From positions 9,362,001-9,426,000 of the forward strand of contig NC_081331.1 in the NCBI RefSeq assembly GCF_022539665.2: a stretch of DNA of 64,000 nucleotides. The letters are read 5' to 3'. The notes under the pieces are model-generated. The model was not told the origin of the DNA. It saw only the letters and a program-made list of their open reading frames with translations, and made no database searches. Origin of the DNA: Daphnia carinata. Its lineage: Eukaryota. Shown here in pieces: positions 11,596 to 26,163 of the stretch. Each line of letters begins with the position of its first letter. Position 1 is the first letter of the stretch. The position numbers and the translations under genes are program-made.

Positions 11596-14068
11596 GAACA
11601 GTTTTCTAGTTTGAACTAGAGCTCAACCTCCATCAGCCGTGATCGAGACACTTGCCACGTCTGAAAAACGGCTAATCGGAGCAGAGTGGGTCGTCAATTT
11701 TTCTTGGGGTTAGGTTGCTTTGTGGGGTTAGGCTCAACCCAGATAACCCGGCGCTATCCTTTAAAACAATGGCATAAAGGATAACTATGTAAATCTAATC
11801 GGCTAGCTGACAATCCATTTTTTTCTTAATAACCGAGAAATTTGACGGATTGTGCACGTTTACACTACGGATTGGTTAAATATTTGTCCCAAGTCACAGC
11901 ATTAGATGACCCAACAAAGAAATTATGAGGAGCTATTTGTAAATGTTATCTTTCCTTCTTTTATTTCCAAGGACTGTCAAGTAAGCCATTCCAGGTTTAA
12001 GGTTGCGTTCTTGTGCCGTGCTCGCAATGCAAACTGCGAATTTTCATTATCGATTTTTTGGTTGTATATTTGATAGACTACTGTGAGACCCCTTTTGGTT
12101 GCATCGCATCCTTTTTGAGTTTAACATTTGAGCTATTGGATTTTGTAATTACATTTTCACTCGGTTACAGATTTAGTTGCTTTCGTCAAAAGCGCCCTAT
12201 TGATCCTTATGTCAGAAACATTGTTCGAACAGCAGCTTTAGCCTGATGCACCAGTTGCCGCATATATCCAAAAAACTGCAGGAAAGCAAAATAGGATTAA
12301 TAGAAACTGAAAGATTTTTCCCTATATGACACATGGTACTGAAAACTTGGTGTTTCGAAACCAAAACATCTGATGCTCAATATCTGTTGCCTTCGTTGCT
12401 ATAGTTCCCGTGAATTTACTAACTTCCTTTTTAGAAGGCATATCTGCATTTAGCTTATTAAGTATCTTTTCTGAAAATTTCAGGCGTCTTAACCGGCCAT
12501 CGAAGTAAAAATACAAGGCGCCATCGCTGTTCATTACTTTGACATTCTTGGTGCACGCTGCCACTCCCCAAAAAATCATTAGTCATGCCGCAAGGTTGAG
12601 CACTGAAACTAGACACACTTTCTTATCTACAACTTGGCCTTAATGAAAACTAAATGAAAAGTCTGCTTGAATGTGTTCTCACAGTAGCACTTGTTTTCAA
12701 CGTTTTCAAAGTTCACCTAAATAATTTCTGACGTTTTCTTCTTTTTTTTTTTCCTGTAAAATTTAAATTTCTAAAACGCAAACTTGTCCAACAACGGAGG
12801 AATAAATACGTTTGTGAAAGCACCGTGAGATCTCTTTAATTGTGGTAACTAACAGAAGCTTCCGTTCTTGTGCAATAAATGTGTTGCAGAAAAGGTCAAT
12901 TTTGACAGGCTGTCAAACTCTTAGATTACGTGCACAAGAAATGGATCGTAAACAACTGCAAGAGACAGCAGAAGCAAACTGAATGAGTATCGCTTTGATA
13001 CTTGTACAACGCTATAGCTGGTCATACACGTACCGCAAGTAATTCATGCATGCACACCTCATTTGCCGACCCTTAGAGACTATTCGTTTAACAACATTTT
13101 TCACAGCTGAGATGCCGCACAGCTCTCGCTTTTAAGTAGTTGCGGAAGATGCGGATGGTTGCTGTGGCGATAAACTGGCGGCTTGACCGAAGCGCTCGCA
13201 TGAAGAGATCGTACCACGATATGAATCTATTTCGGTGCATCGCTCCGCACTGGTCTAATCAATGCAAAAGACCTGCATGTGGAACATAGGCCTAGCTTAA
13301 AGTTTATACGTTACTGGGTGAAAGTAATTTTCTAGCAAAAAACTTAATTTAGCTACTTAATTGATGTACAGTTGGTTCATCACCTGGAAAAGTTTTTTCG
13401 GTGATGGTGTTAGGAAGTTCGTATTCATTCTTAAAACTATGACGTCATCGCTAATCAATAAGAAGGAAAATTAGTCTATGTGTTATAGAATTATTCAGTA
13501 TTCATCTCATCGAGGCAACCGCTACCCGATTACCTTGTCTTACTTCTCCGATATAAAATTTAAGAATTATTGGCAACGGGGAGTTTAATTTAGAAAAATA
13601 TTCATATACGGGTTAATTCTAGTATAGTTACTCTACCAAAAAGGGGACAATAAAATTATTAGAGTTAATGAACCTTGCTCAATATGCTCTTTTGGTTATA
13701 TTTTATTATTTAATTTACCAAAAAGTCTTTAATAGAATGACGCATAAATAATAACAACAATAAATATAGACTCGGAATTCATTTGAACATTTATTATTAT
13801 TATTATTATTATATATTATTTTTTAATTTGAAATAAAATAAAATGAAAAAATTTGACGGTTTTAGAGCAGAATTTCTGGCTTGAAAAATAAAAGGAAATT
13901 CATTGTCCAGGAAGTACCGTATGATCTCCAGCGTTCTTAAGCGCTTCACATTGCCACTGTCATTGTCATCGTCTTATGGTCGACAACAATCATTTAAGGA
14001 TGAAGGTAACCGTAATAACGGGTGATAACAGCCCAATTAAACAATGAGACGTCAGGATAAGTACACGT

Positions 14069-15128
14069 TTAGTGAGGAACACCTCGCTGTCGGCTTTCGT
14101 CACTGTTAAGCCGTTGGCTGACGCTCAAAAGATGAGTTTCAACCTAAAAAGGAAAAAAAAAAGAAATGAGGATGTGGGAAACGTCAAGAAGAAAAACGAA
14201 TCATTTTGCTCAAAAAGAAGCGATATGATATAGTCTCGTTTTGCTAACGAATAGAGCAAGTAACATACCACTCGATAGAACAGGCAGGAAACAGGAAGTT
14301 CGTCTTCGCCATTTGGGCAATGGCGTACACCGTCGCACTGAAATCAACCATTGCATAGTATTAAGTAAGGTTTCAATGGTAAAAACGAAGATGGGTTGGC
14401 AGTTTAAAATAATAAGAATAAAGCTGCTTACAAGCTGGAAATCATCTATGCAACGCCAATTTCCATTTCGGTCTGGTGTGGGACAATAGAATTCTGGCTG
14501 GCCGTCTTTGGCTGTTGGGCATTCTATAGAATATTCAGAACCATTTTTTAGTAAGACAGCAACCGCACATCATAAAGCGGCTTTCCAACATCAAACTGTG
14601 AGTTTTAGCAGCCAACGTTACGCCGTGTTAGGGTTACTACAGCTTGTGCATTCCCTTCATTAAACAGTGATAACCTAGTAGTATGTGTGCCCACAAAAAA
14701 AAAAAAAAGAAAAAGAAATATACGAGCCAACCCTTAAACAACGACTTACGGCCTGATCGGGCGAGGTAGCGATACTGGTAGAGTGGATCTAAATGAATAG
14801 GAAATCGTTTGATTCGACGTAATCCCGTGGGCGTACGCAATTTCATGCGTGATTTGATGACATTCTTCTTTGCTTTTGATCGTTCGCTTTTGTTGCTGCA
14901 ACAGGATGATTCTTCGTGTACCACCGCTGAATTTTGGGCTTCCGGACTCGTAATCGTTGGATAAACGTACGTCTTCATCTCGGAATCCTGAACAGTGATT
15001 GGCGGAAACGTTTTTAGACCGAACAACCTAGAGGAAGAAATACTGTTGCTCGGACAACAGAATTCTAAAGGAAGACTAAGGGCGGTAGGCATCAAAATTG
15101 CCACTGATACAAAAACTTTCCAGTCCAT
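14069..15128 (-). CDS. Secreted LDL-receptor class A domain protein, jelly belly/HEN-1-like (~204 aa, 4 exons)
   Basis: Exons 15128-14750, 14523-14432, 14337-14269 and 14143-14069 are all GT-AG and phase compatible. The product has a signal peptide (MDWKVFVSVAILMPTALS) and a basic RRIKR site. Its C-terminus CPTAKDGQPEFYCPTPDRNGNWRCIDDFQLCDGVRHCPNGEDELPVSCLFYRVVETHL fits the Jeb pattern CPxPDRxGxxRCIDDxxLCDGxxxCPxGEDExxxxCxFY. Confidence 0.85.
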
Positions 15129-16839
15129 CGCCTATCCCGTCGTTGTGGCTGAATCTCTGACTATCGCTATGAATTTGCACTATCTCGGGTACCGAAATCT
15201 CTTCTAGAATTTAGACAGCTTGGCTTCGTGCGAGCAGCTACTAAGTGTTCTATTATCTTTGGCAGCTCTCTTTTATAGGATTGGATGCTTTCAACAGAAG
15301 CGACGACTAAGGATAGTGCCATTCTCATCTCACGCGCAGTCTCCATAAGCCAGAAAGATAATGTGCTCCCTGCCAGCGTCACATTCACCATGCTATAGAA
15401 AAGCATATGCCTCTTTATGCGCCACGCACATTATGAAGACACTCTCTATCCGGCAAAATGAGCTGAAAGGCAGGGAAGTGGCGCCTATTAACTAATTTTA
15501 GAAAGTGCATCTCTTAGCACCTGCTTTCATGTCAATTAATATTGATACGGTTCCGCCGTTGGGATTCGCTGCCTTTTGGCCTTAAAGAAAGTTGGGGTAG
15601 TGGCGGATAAGCATCCATATCTTATTTTGGTCTATTTAGGCCCTAAGTCAAGAACAAGAATATTCTATTCAACACCGAAAAAGAGCAGGGCATTCCAACA
15701 TATTTCTATTTATTGGTTCGTACCACGACTTTCGAAATAGGAAACTGTTTTTGTTGTGACGCAAATCATAATACGTTTCATACAAGTAGAAGAGAGACAT
15801 CGCATAAGTTGCTGCCAAGCGAAACTGGAAAGATGTACTCAACACAGCCAATATTCATCTGAATTGAATGATTCAGTTATGCGGTATAGTACTGCAATCG
15901 GTAGGCCTTGGGGAAAGGCACCTTAAAGAGAACGAGAAAGAATATTGCCTGAACAAAGACATAAAAAGAACATTATTCATGAATACATCTTCTCTTTACG
16001 ACGACTTCCCCTGGTTCCTTTAGTAGTTCGAATGGCTGGCCCTGAATGAGGTCCAAATGAGGTTCAACATTTATTCTGGTAGCGAAGCTGCATTCCTTAA
16101 CATAAAATGACTTCTTTTGCAAATCAACAATATAAAAGTGTAAAGCTGACAAGCGATGAAGTAATCAATTGACACAGTATATCGTTCTCAACACAGACTG
16201 GAAAAACCTTATTTAGATCTTTCGCATAAATCGATGTCGAGTACACAATACGGTATCTTTTCTGTCGAAACACGATAATTTGGTTTCACGTCTCACTTTA
16301 GAGTTAATTTCTCGGAAAAAAAACGAATGACAATTCAGCCTCTTTAGTTAGACGTCTGCATGTCATCGACGTTCATAGAACCATATCGTCTCGCATACGA
16401 TCCTTCCTTTCATCTCAACAAAGGTCTTCCGGTTGTACCTACATCCAATTAGACATCAATGAGCTCACGTGCCTGTGACATACCATGGAAAAGGTGAAAT
16501 ACACCATGTCAAGGCAAGTTCTATTAGAAACGCCGTAGTTTTAAAAAGCGGTTATTGATCTCAGCATTTGCGGTTACGAGAATCCGACGTCATAGAAGTT
16601 TTCGCCAGTTACGGATACGTAAGATCCATGAAGCAGGCGATACAAAAACGACCTTTTCTTGCATGGATTGCAAATGCAAAACGCGCTACAGCAGATGAAA
16701 GTTTAACGCCTAACATTTAACCACGTATTTGTTTGGCAATTTAGTTTCTACATCGTTGCCAAGGCGATAAGACATTCAAAACACTCATTTCCCTTTTCTT
16801 TGTAATGAAATGTTATAGTTAAACCTTCCAACAATTATA

Positions 16840-19800
16840 TTAACGTAAAAAAGGGCCAACAGAATGTAATAATTCACTTTTTTTTTTTTCTTGGTCACCA
16901 ACAAGTTCAGACTCGGCTCGCTTTTCAGCTGCATTCTTATTGTGAGGTGCCACGTTCGACTTTCCGTCTTCTTCCATTGCCTCTTCAGCTACGGTACCTG
17001 CTTTTTGAATTTCACTGCCGTGGTTATTGGTAGCACTCAAGGCAGGAAGAGAGTGTTGGCGATCCTGAAGTGCAATCTTCACGTCTTCTTTCGGTATTAA
17101 ATCGAGAACCGAATCAGCCGTGGGATTCATTTCTTTGGTAAGCCGTATCAGCAAAAACTGGATGTTTTTTCTTTTTCTTCCGGCGATATAAGACGGAAAC
17201 CAGTTACTTAATTTAATGTTCCGTATGTTATAATCCAAAAATGGATTCTAAATTGCCAAGCCATTAATTACTTATGGATATTTTTAAACTGATGAGATTA
17301 TTCGACTTACTTGCATAAAGTATTCTGCGTATTGAAGAACAAATACGCCACAGTCATATGAATTGTTCTGTTGAGGCACGTCAAGGCATGCAGATATCAT
17401 CGTCTTTTTGGAGAAAAGATTACAAGCGTCTACACGTGCTTTTGAATTCTCAACAGGAGTCCCCCGCTTCACTTGGTATTCTACCGTAAGGTATTCGCGT
17501 AGGATGGTCGCCACTCGATTATGGGTGCTTCCAGCTAACGAGTCGAAAAATAAGATACAAGGCCTAAAAAAAGGAAACATTTTCGATGAATCGTCTCGTG
17601 CGCCAAATATCAGAACAAACTAAAAGACTGAAAATGATGGTCAGCAGGCTGTTAAGTTGCCTTAGTAACGTACTAGCGAAACAACACATCGAACCGAAGG
17701 GAAAGAAATGCAGAGTGACGAGTCGACACACATACAGGACGGTCTTCCGTTCTAGTTTGACCTCCGATTGGTGTAAAAGGAGCAAATCTTGAGAAAAGCT
17801 ATCTCGTTTAGCTTCTCTTTTTCGCGTCCGATTTGTTAATTTCGCTAGCGCCAGTGTAACAGAATAGTAGAATATAATGTAAGAGAACAAGGCCATTACT
17901 GTTTGATGGGTTCAGTAATCTTCATACAATTTTCAACAGGGTTGCTGTCCTGAGGGAATAATATGTCTTCATCGTCGCTTTCAGCTTCATCTCTCTCTGA
18001 GTTAACGCTAAGCGTAACTTGGGCACTTTCTGCCGTCTGGAGTGCGGATAACAAATGCAACAAAAAAAAAATGATTTTTATTTACCATTTGGGAAAACCG
18101 AGGTTACCGAACCAACAAAGATACTACCTTTGAGTTGGAGCTAAGTGGCGTAATGGTTGTGTTTCCTATGTGAAATGATTCTCCATTCAACGTCACACGT
18201 TTTGATTGTCCATCGGGCGTTTTCTTAGCGACTCTTTCGAATGGGAGCTTTACGGGTTTGTTGTCTTTCACAGATATTGGCCCCGATAACCCGGGAAAAC
18301 ACACAATAGCCAAAAACCAATGATTGCGTTCGTTAATAGGTATCACGAGATAATCCTTTTCGAATATGTCCACTTTTTTCGTCCAGGATTTAACTCTCAA
18401 ATGACGTTTTTCCATTGACGAAAGCGAAGAATCATCTTCAACTGAATGTTTTCTGTGTTAATATGAAGGTAAATTAAAATCTCGTACCCACAAAAAAAAA
18501 TTAGCACAATCGAGCAAATCGTATACCTTCCACTCATTCTGGCTGGGGGAGTAGTAAGTCGTTGGTAGAAAAACGATGAAAACACATGACATCTGCCTTT
18601 CAAACTATCATCTAATTTAGTGCTGAAGACGTATTTGACATAGAAATCGATGATACTGTCAAAGACAAATCAATGATCACAAATTATAACCTACACGAAA
18701 GTATGCATAAAGGGCTGTGGACTACCTGTCATTTAGAAGATTGTCTTGATTCAGACAAGTATAGTCTTCAGTGGTGACAGAGAAACGATCTGGTCCATCT
18801 GACCATGAAAACATTTGGATTACTGGTAAACAGTTTTGGGGAAGCGATTTGGTTGTCCCTCTAGTTATTCGCATCTACGTGAAGGAAAAAGACAATCTAA
18901 TTACATGAAGCTCAGCATTTAGCGTAGGGCCTAATTGGCAAATGGGTTACTAACAAAATCAAATTATTTTAGTTCAAATACTTACTTCGCTTTTGTTATC
19001 ACTTGCTTCAAGGGCTTTAACGTCTTGTTTTGAAGACGTAGAAGCTCTAGTTGCCTCGGCTGAAACAGCAGTTCCCGAGGGAAGACGTTGCAATGCATCT
19101 CGAACCTCCGGGGGTGAAGAGATAACCAAGAGTCTATTGGCCTCGCAAGAACTTATTTCACTAAAAACACCTCTAGGAACGAAAGCTTGCTTTATTGCGT
19201 TCATAGCTGAATCGTCCAAATTGCAAGGCAGCAACGTAAGCCGCTTCTGGCTTTCGTCTTCACTAAGAGGGTCCCAATAGGGGCCACTTTTATCCAGGCG
19301 TAAACCAGACGAAACACGACGGCACAAGGTTGGCGTAACATATAGGAAGATAACCGGAAGTTTTCGATTGAAATTCGCTTCCATTCGTAACAACTGCTGA
19401 GATGGGATAGCGACGTCTATCCACATACTATCGTTTTGAGATGGCTGGTCATTGGCGTAAAAAACCGGTGCTTCCAGCATGATTCCCTCCGACGAGAACA
19501 GCACGCGTTCTGCAGGTGCAAATTTATAAGATCCAATGCGAACCGAACGACAGTTTACAGCAAAGAAGGCCCCACTTAACCCACCATCCTTCCAGCGAAG
19601 CAAATCACTTGGTCCCTTTTCCTCTTCTGTATCACCAGGTAACACGCTGGTCTCTGAATTACCATGTAAATGATAATATGATACATTCCATTTACTGTAC
19701 ATTGGGTCACAATGAAAGAATGATAGATTATGGGAAATTTGCATTTCTTGCTTACCATTTAAAATGTTTGCCTGTACTTGAACCTCAATGGCAGTGCTAG

Positions 19801-20747
19801 CAGTTGACTGCTGAAGGATTCCTCCACTATAATCACATTTAGGTTTTTTGGTTTCCTGAAAGGAATCCTCTTCATCACTACTCAGTGTCACACATTGTGG
19901 CTCCTCAAACTTTGTTCTAGTCTGCCGAGTAGATTGAGCCTTTTGAACACGTGGACGCCTATTCCCATATGAGGGATCTTTGGACATCTGCAAGGTTTCT
20001 GGTAAATCGTTCCCAGGCAATGATTCAAGGCCTTGGGAGAGGTTTTTTTTTTCCTTTTCAAAGGATCTCATGCATCTTATGCATTTAGTAGTAGATGATA
20101 CGGAGAATCCACAATAGGGACACACAGCACTATCTAGAGGTACCAATTGTTCATTTTTCCCCTCTATATGTGATTCCGATTTAGCCTAAATAAATCACAT
20201 ATGATCTTAAATGTTCAAGGCATTAAAGAAGGTTAAAACTTACTGTTATCCCTAGTTTCTGATTTGGTTTCTGATTGATCACTTTAAGGCCAACTTGTTT
20301 TCTGTAATCTTGTAATGTCAATTTAACTTTTTGGTCCTTGCCATATATGTTTGAATTAGATTTCACTTGAACATTTGGCAAGGAATTTTGTAGAACCAGG
20401 CTGGGTAACTTGGAAGGTGATGAAGTCTGGAAAGAATTTTCCTGATCTTTTGTTAATAAAATTCTTACTGTGTTTGACAGAGCTACCTCCGGTTTGGAAC
20501 TCTTGCTTACAGAGGCCGTCTGATTTGAATTTACACTAGTTACTGACTTGGAACTCGATTCCCCCATACTAATTCTAAACGCCCAACCATCTGAGCCTAA
20601 TTCAGTTCACACATAGGGCTCTGCGCTTACCTGCACACGTGTGACAAGTTTGACTTAACAGAAGAAGAAAATAAAATACCGTAGCTCGGGACTCGACAGC
20701 AGCTCCAACACAGCCAAATAGAGTAATGCCAGACTATTGTCATTCAT
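16840..20747 (-). CDS. Sentrin/SUMO-specific protease SENP6/SENP7-like (veloren-like), multi-exon
   Basis: C48 peptidase motifs: [47 protein letters not shown] (His), PCILFFDSL (Asp) and [21 protein letters not shown] (Cys). The catalytic domain is split by insertions and has an upstream [10 protein letters not shown] segment, as in SENP6/7. The 5' end is uncertain (20747 or 20567). Confidence 0.92.
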
Positions 20748-21243
20748 TTGGTTTTAGATTCAGTATTCAGGTGGCTGCCTTAGAAAAAATAGTGTATGGC
20801 ATGTAGCGCGCTTACGGTAATAAGTTGAACTTAATGAAAATTGTAAAAGTTAAAGCAGTGGGTTTTCTAACAATGAAATGCAATGTAAATGTCAACATTT
20901 GAAATTGCAAGCATTAGAAATTTTCCGTTAAAGGGACCGAAGCGAAAACCAACAGTAATCCCTTTTTCCTGAAAGCGATTTTTTACAATATTTACTATTT
21001 TCTCGTAAATATACAGGCCGAAAGGTGTCGCTGAGAGCCATTCTTACTTAAGCAAGTGCGAACATTTGCTTGGGTTGGTGATACAAGCTATCTTCAGTTC
21101 TGTTTGTGGTATTAAGTGAGGAAACACAAGTTGAAAAAAAAGCGAAACAATTACCTGTTTCCTTAGTCGAAAAGTTAAAGCTTTGTTTGGTTCGTTGTAA
21201 TTGTTATTTTCGACTAATTAAAGTGTCCAGTTAGCATTCAGAT
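20748..21243. promoter_or_regulatory. Putative bidirectional promoter between SENP6/7-like and SPT5
   Basis: The two genes are head-to-head and ~0.5 kb apart. Inferred from layout only. Confidence 0.55.
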
Positions 21244-24200
21244 ATGTCGGACAGCGACGATAGTAATTTTTCTGATAGAAAAGAAGCTCTAAGTGATGCA
21301 GAAAGTTCGGTATTCGTTAAACGTTTATTATCATTTTGTCGAAAACTAACTTTTAGCTTTGAAGGAAAATGACTCCGACGACCGTAATCACAAACCAGTA
21401 AGCAAAAAACTTGCAAAAAAAGACAAGTCAAAGAAAAAGAAGAAAAGGGATAAAGGTGCTAAGAAAAGTAAACGGCATAAAGGTAGTGATTCTGAAGATG
21501 AGGAAGAAGATGATGAAGTCGAAGAGGAAGAAGATGAAGAAGATGAAGAAGAAGTCAGGGGTGGTAGGAAACGAAAAAAGAGTGATAGGTTTGGCGGCTT
21601 TATCTTAGAAGAAGCAGAAGTTGATGATGAGGTCGAAGATGAAGAAGAATGGGAGGATGGAGCTGAAAACTATGGATTAGTGGGCAATGAAGTTGATGAA
21701 ATGGGACCTACAGCCAGGGAAATTGATGGTAGGCGTAGACAACAACAAATGTGGGAGTATGTAGTAAATTTCAATATTAAACAAACATTGAATTGGCTAA
21801 AACAATATAAAAATACATTTGCAGTAGTTCGAAAGAAGAAGAGGTAGAAGAGTATTTTCGGAAAAAGTATGCCGATGAAGCTACCGTCACTAGACACTTT
21901 GGAGATGGAGGTGAAGACATGACTGACGAAATAACACAACAAACATTGCTTCCTGGAGTCAAGTAATGCATTTAATTACTAAATTTAATGAAGCAACAGT
22001 TATTCATAAGTATATATTTATACCATTTTTTTAGAGATCCAAATCTCTGGATGGTCAAGTGCCGATTGGGGGAGGAGAAACAAACAGTATTCCAGTTAAT
22101 GAGGAAATTCATTGCTTACCAGTTCACTGAAGAACCCTTGCAAATCAAGTCAATTGTGTCACCTGAAGGTGTCAAAGGATATATCTATGTTGAGGCTTTC
22201 AAACAAACTCACGTTAAGCAGGCAATTGACGGCATCGGAAGCCTTCGGATGGGTTTATATGCCCAACAGATGGTTCCTATTAAAGAAATGACTGATGTTT
22301 TGCGTGTAGTAAAAGAACAAAGTGTCATGAAGCCTAAATCGTGGGTTCGTCTTAAGCGTGGCATTTATAAAGATGACATCGCTCAAGTGGATTATGTAGA
22401 TGTGGCTCAAAACCAGGTACACTTGAAGCTGATTCCACGCATAGACTATAGTAGGCCGCGTGGAGCTTTGCGTACGGCTCAGTCTGATGCTGATGCAAAA
22501 AAAAAAAGAAAAATTCGCCCTCCTTTGAAATTATTTGATCTGGAAGCAATTAGAGCGGTGGGTGGTGAAGTGACTAGTGATGGAGACTTCTTGATTTTTG
22601 AAGGAAACCGATACTCGCGTAAAGGTTTCCTCTACAAAAATTTTGCTATGAGTGCAATCCTTGCTGATGGGGTCAAACCAACATTGATTGAACTTGAGCG
22701 CTTTGAAGAGGCTGTTGAAGGAGTTGATCTAGCTGTGAGTTGAATGTTCCAATTTTTCTTTCGCCATCGAACCTTCTTTCCTCTATATTATTTGCTTTAA
22801 TCGGGTGTTTCATTTGTTCTTTGCTCGTAGGTCCGTATTGTGTCCGGAAAAGAGGAAGCAACTCATAATTTCGCTACAGGTGATGCCGTAGAAGTTTGTG
22901 AAGGTGAACTCATTCATCTCCGTGGAAAAATTGTGGCTATTGATGGCAATAAGATTACCGTCATGCCAAAGCACGAAGATCTCAAGGATCCTCTGGAGTT
23001 TCAAGCTCACGAATTAAAAAAGTACTTCTCGATGGGAGATCATGTTCGTGTTATTGCCGGTCGCTACGAGAACGATACAGGACTGATTGTTCGCGTAGAA
23101 GACAATATGGTAGTACTTTTTTCTGATCTTACAATGCACGAACTCAAAGTTCTGCCAAGAGATCTTCAGCTGTGCTCCGATATGGCTACAGGAGTAGATT
23201 CAATGGGTCAATATCAATGGGGTGACTTGGTGCAGCTCGATGCCCAGTCCGTTGGTGTCATTGTACGATTAGAGAGGGAGAATTTCCAAGTATGTATACT
23301 ACAATTCATGAAGCAACATTTGAATGGTCATAAAAAACTTACATGTTGCTAATTTTGTTTCAGGTACTCAACATGCATGGAAAAGTCGTAGCCGTTCGAC
23401 CACAAGCATTGCAGCGCCGCAAGGAGAATCGCCAAGCTGTAGCTCTTGATTCAGAACAAAATACGATACAGCGAAAGGATATCGTTAAAGTTATCGATGG
23501 TCCCCACTCTGGCCGTCAGGGAGAAATACGTCACCTTTACCGTAACTTTGCATTCCTCCACTCCCGGATGATGCTAGAAAATGGTGGAATTTTCGTCTGT
23601 AAAACTCGTCACCTTGTATTGGCTGGTGGTAGTAAAGGTGCTTCGAGCTCACCAGCAATGTCCGGTATGGGCTACATGTCACCCAGGATTTCATCACCCA
23701 TGCACCCAAGTGGTGGAGGTGGAAGAGGTGGAGGACGCGGCGGGGGTGGTGGTGGTGGTCGTGGAGGAGGTGGAGGACGTGGAGGCGGTGGTGGATTTGG
23801 AAGAGGTGGCGGAAGAATTGGGCGTGATCGAGATTTAATTGGCAAAACCATTAAAGTAACGCAAGGGCCATACAAAGGTCATATAGGCATTGTCAAGGTA
23901 TATCTTCAATATAATTGCGTTTTTTCACGTAATGCAAAAAATTATTGCTTATTTGTATTTTAAGGATGCTACCGATTCAACGGCCCGTGTTGAATTGCAT
24001 TCTAAATGCCAAACGGTATCGGTCGACCGAACTCGAATTGCAGTTGTGGGAGGACCTTCCAAATCTGGTGCTGTATCTACCTATAGCCAAACTCCTGCGT
24101 CGCAAGGAGAAGGTCGTGATACGCCGATGTATGCTTCTGGCTCTCGTACTCCAATGTATGGCTCTCAAACTCCACTGTACGATGGCTCGCGAACTCCTCA

Positions 24201-25077
24201 CTACGGTGGCATGACGCCCTCTCATGATGGATCGCGTACACCTGGTCAATCTGGAGCATGGGATCCAACCGTCACTAATACCCCCGCCCGATCTACCGAC
24301 TATGGTGACTTGGATAACTGGGATGATCAATCCCCGTCGCCAGCCTACAACCCTGCAACGCCTGGCTCGGCTTATCACGTAGACACTCCACAAGGTCCTT
24401 ACACTCCGCACACACCGGGAACGTCGTACGGTTCAGATCATACGTATTCACCCTATCAGCCCAGTCCAAGTCCTGCGCCGTATCAAGCATCTCCAAGCCC
24501 ATCAGGTTATGCACCTACTCCTAGCCCCAGTACAGGCTTGCCATTCCATCCATCGCCTGGGATGGCTTCAAGTTATACTTCGCCATCTCCTATGAGCTAT
24601 AGTCCCATGACGCCTGGTGTAGCACCATCACCGCTTAACCCTCAAACACCAGGAGCGGGAATGGATTCTTTGTCCTCCCAAGATTGGTATACCACCGACA
24701 TAGAGGTGCGTTTCAAGGATTCAAATAATGATAAAGGACTCTCAGGACAGGTAGTATCTTATTTCTTGTTTGCTGAGGAATTCACTTATTAACTGCTATC
24801 TGTTTTTAACTTAAAGAGTGGCGTGATTCGAGGTATATCTGGAGGGATGTGTTCACTTTTTCTACCGGCTGAAGATCGCGTTGTAACAGTTGCCGGAGAA
24901 CTATTAGAGCCAATCGTGCCAGTCCGGAAAGATCGAGTCAAGATTATTCTGGGAGAAGAGCGCGAAAGCACTGGTCAGTTGTTATCTATCGACCATCAAG
25001 AGGGGGTTGTTAAACTTGATTCAGGCGATGTGAGAATGTTCCAGTTGCGGTTCCTTTGTAAGATGAAGGGTCGCTAA
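21244..25077 (+). CDS. SUPT5H: Transcription elongation factor SPT5 (multi-exon)
   Basis: [11 protein letters not shown] start, acidic N-terminus with [15 protein letters not shown] domain ([22 protein letters not shown]), KOW repeats, RGG tract, CTR repeats ([23 protein letters not shown]) and a final KOW ending FLCKMKGR*. Confidence 0.98.
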
Positions 25078-25432
25078 ACGGCTACTCGCTCCGTGCACCG
25101 TCGGGTTTCATTTGGAAGAAAAAAATATTTCACCTTCATTGGGCTAAAAACACTGTAGTTTTGATGAGTTATGCTGACGAGGAAACTTCAGAGTGAAACG
25201 CCAATCGTTTTCATGTCACTGCTTGAAATAGTACGGATGAATACATGGAGTTTTCGATTACGGAGATTTGCTGTTTTCAGTAACTAGTTCTTAAATACTC
25301 CATCAACATTGTGCGATATTTTAGCATACATGGTTTTTTTACAAAAAAAAGTTTCATCTTACAGTTCACCTTAAACAAAATGTAATTGCCGACAACGATT
25401 TCCATAACAGTAAAATTTGTATATAAGTCCAA

Positions 25433-26163
25433 TCACAGACAATGTGTATAGCTTGTAACAACGTTACCAATTTTTCGGGTTACTGTTTCACAAGATGGTT
25501 GTGTTCTGTGATGTGAATCATCAGTAAAGCCAAACATAGAATTCAGATTATTGAATTCAAATCCTCCGAACAGGTCATTATCCTAAACACCATAAAATTA
25601 CTATTGTAAATATGCTTCAACATTGTCAAAAAATCATATTTAAACTTGCAGCAAATAAATTCCCAAAATTTGGAATTGAATTTGTTTTCTTCTGAGCCCT
25701 CTTGTTGGTGTGACTGTTAAAAAACTTGTGGTTTAAGTCTCCAAAATGCTGGTCAAACTGCTTCATAAACTGATTGAAGTCAAAGTCATAAGTAAATTCT
25801 GAATTTTGGTTTCTTGTGTTGTCATGTGTCCCAAACATATCATATTCCTTCCTTTTCTTTGGGTTCGAAAGGACTTCATAAGCTAACCAGAGTTTAAAAA
25901 TGTAAACTTAATACTTAATCTTTAAAGTTAAGAGAATGTTTGTTACCTTGTGCAATTTCTTTAAACTTGTCTTCAAAATTAGGATTTTTATCTGGATGAT
26001 ATTTCAGAGCAAGGTTGCGAAAAGCTTTCTTTATTTGTCGATCTGTTGCCTTTCTGTCGACTCCTAGGATATCATAATAGCTAGTCGTTGTTGCTTCGGC
26101 GTAATACTCGGATAATTGAATGAGAAACAGCAAGCTGAAAGTTAGCACTAACAGTTTCATCAC
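25433..26163 (-). CDS. DNAJB9: ER DnaJ co-chaperone DNAJB9/ERdj4-like (3 exons)
   Basis: Signal peptide, J domain ([24 protein letters not shown]), Phe-rich linker, and C-terminus [20 protein letters not shown], resembling the DNAJB9 tail. Convergent with SPT5. Confidence 0.85.

Noticed and set aside
11940..12600. Possible decayed minus-strand gene (ORF 12322-12579 plus coding-like fragments)
   Set aside because: No recognisable domain and multiple stops. I cannot support a call without a homology search.
14637..14749. C-terminal part of the 163-aa ORF (poly-Phe 'TM-like' tail)
   Set aside because: This is read-through into intron 1 of the jeb-like gene (GTAAGT donor at 14749). The poly-F comes from a poly-T tract.
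23711..23815. GGN-rich repeat in SPT5 with a poly-Pro ORF on the opposite strand
   Set aside because: It is the normal RGG/Gly-rich segment of SPT5; the antisense ORF is a shadow.
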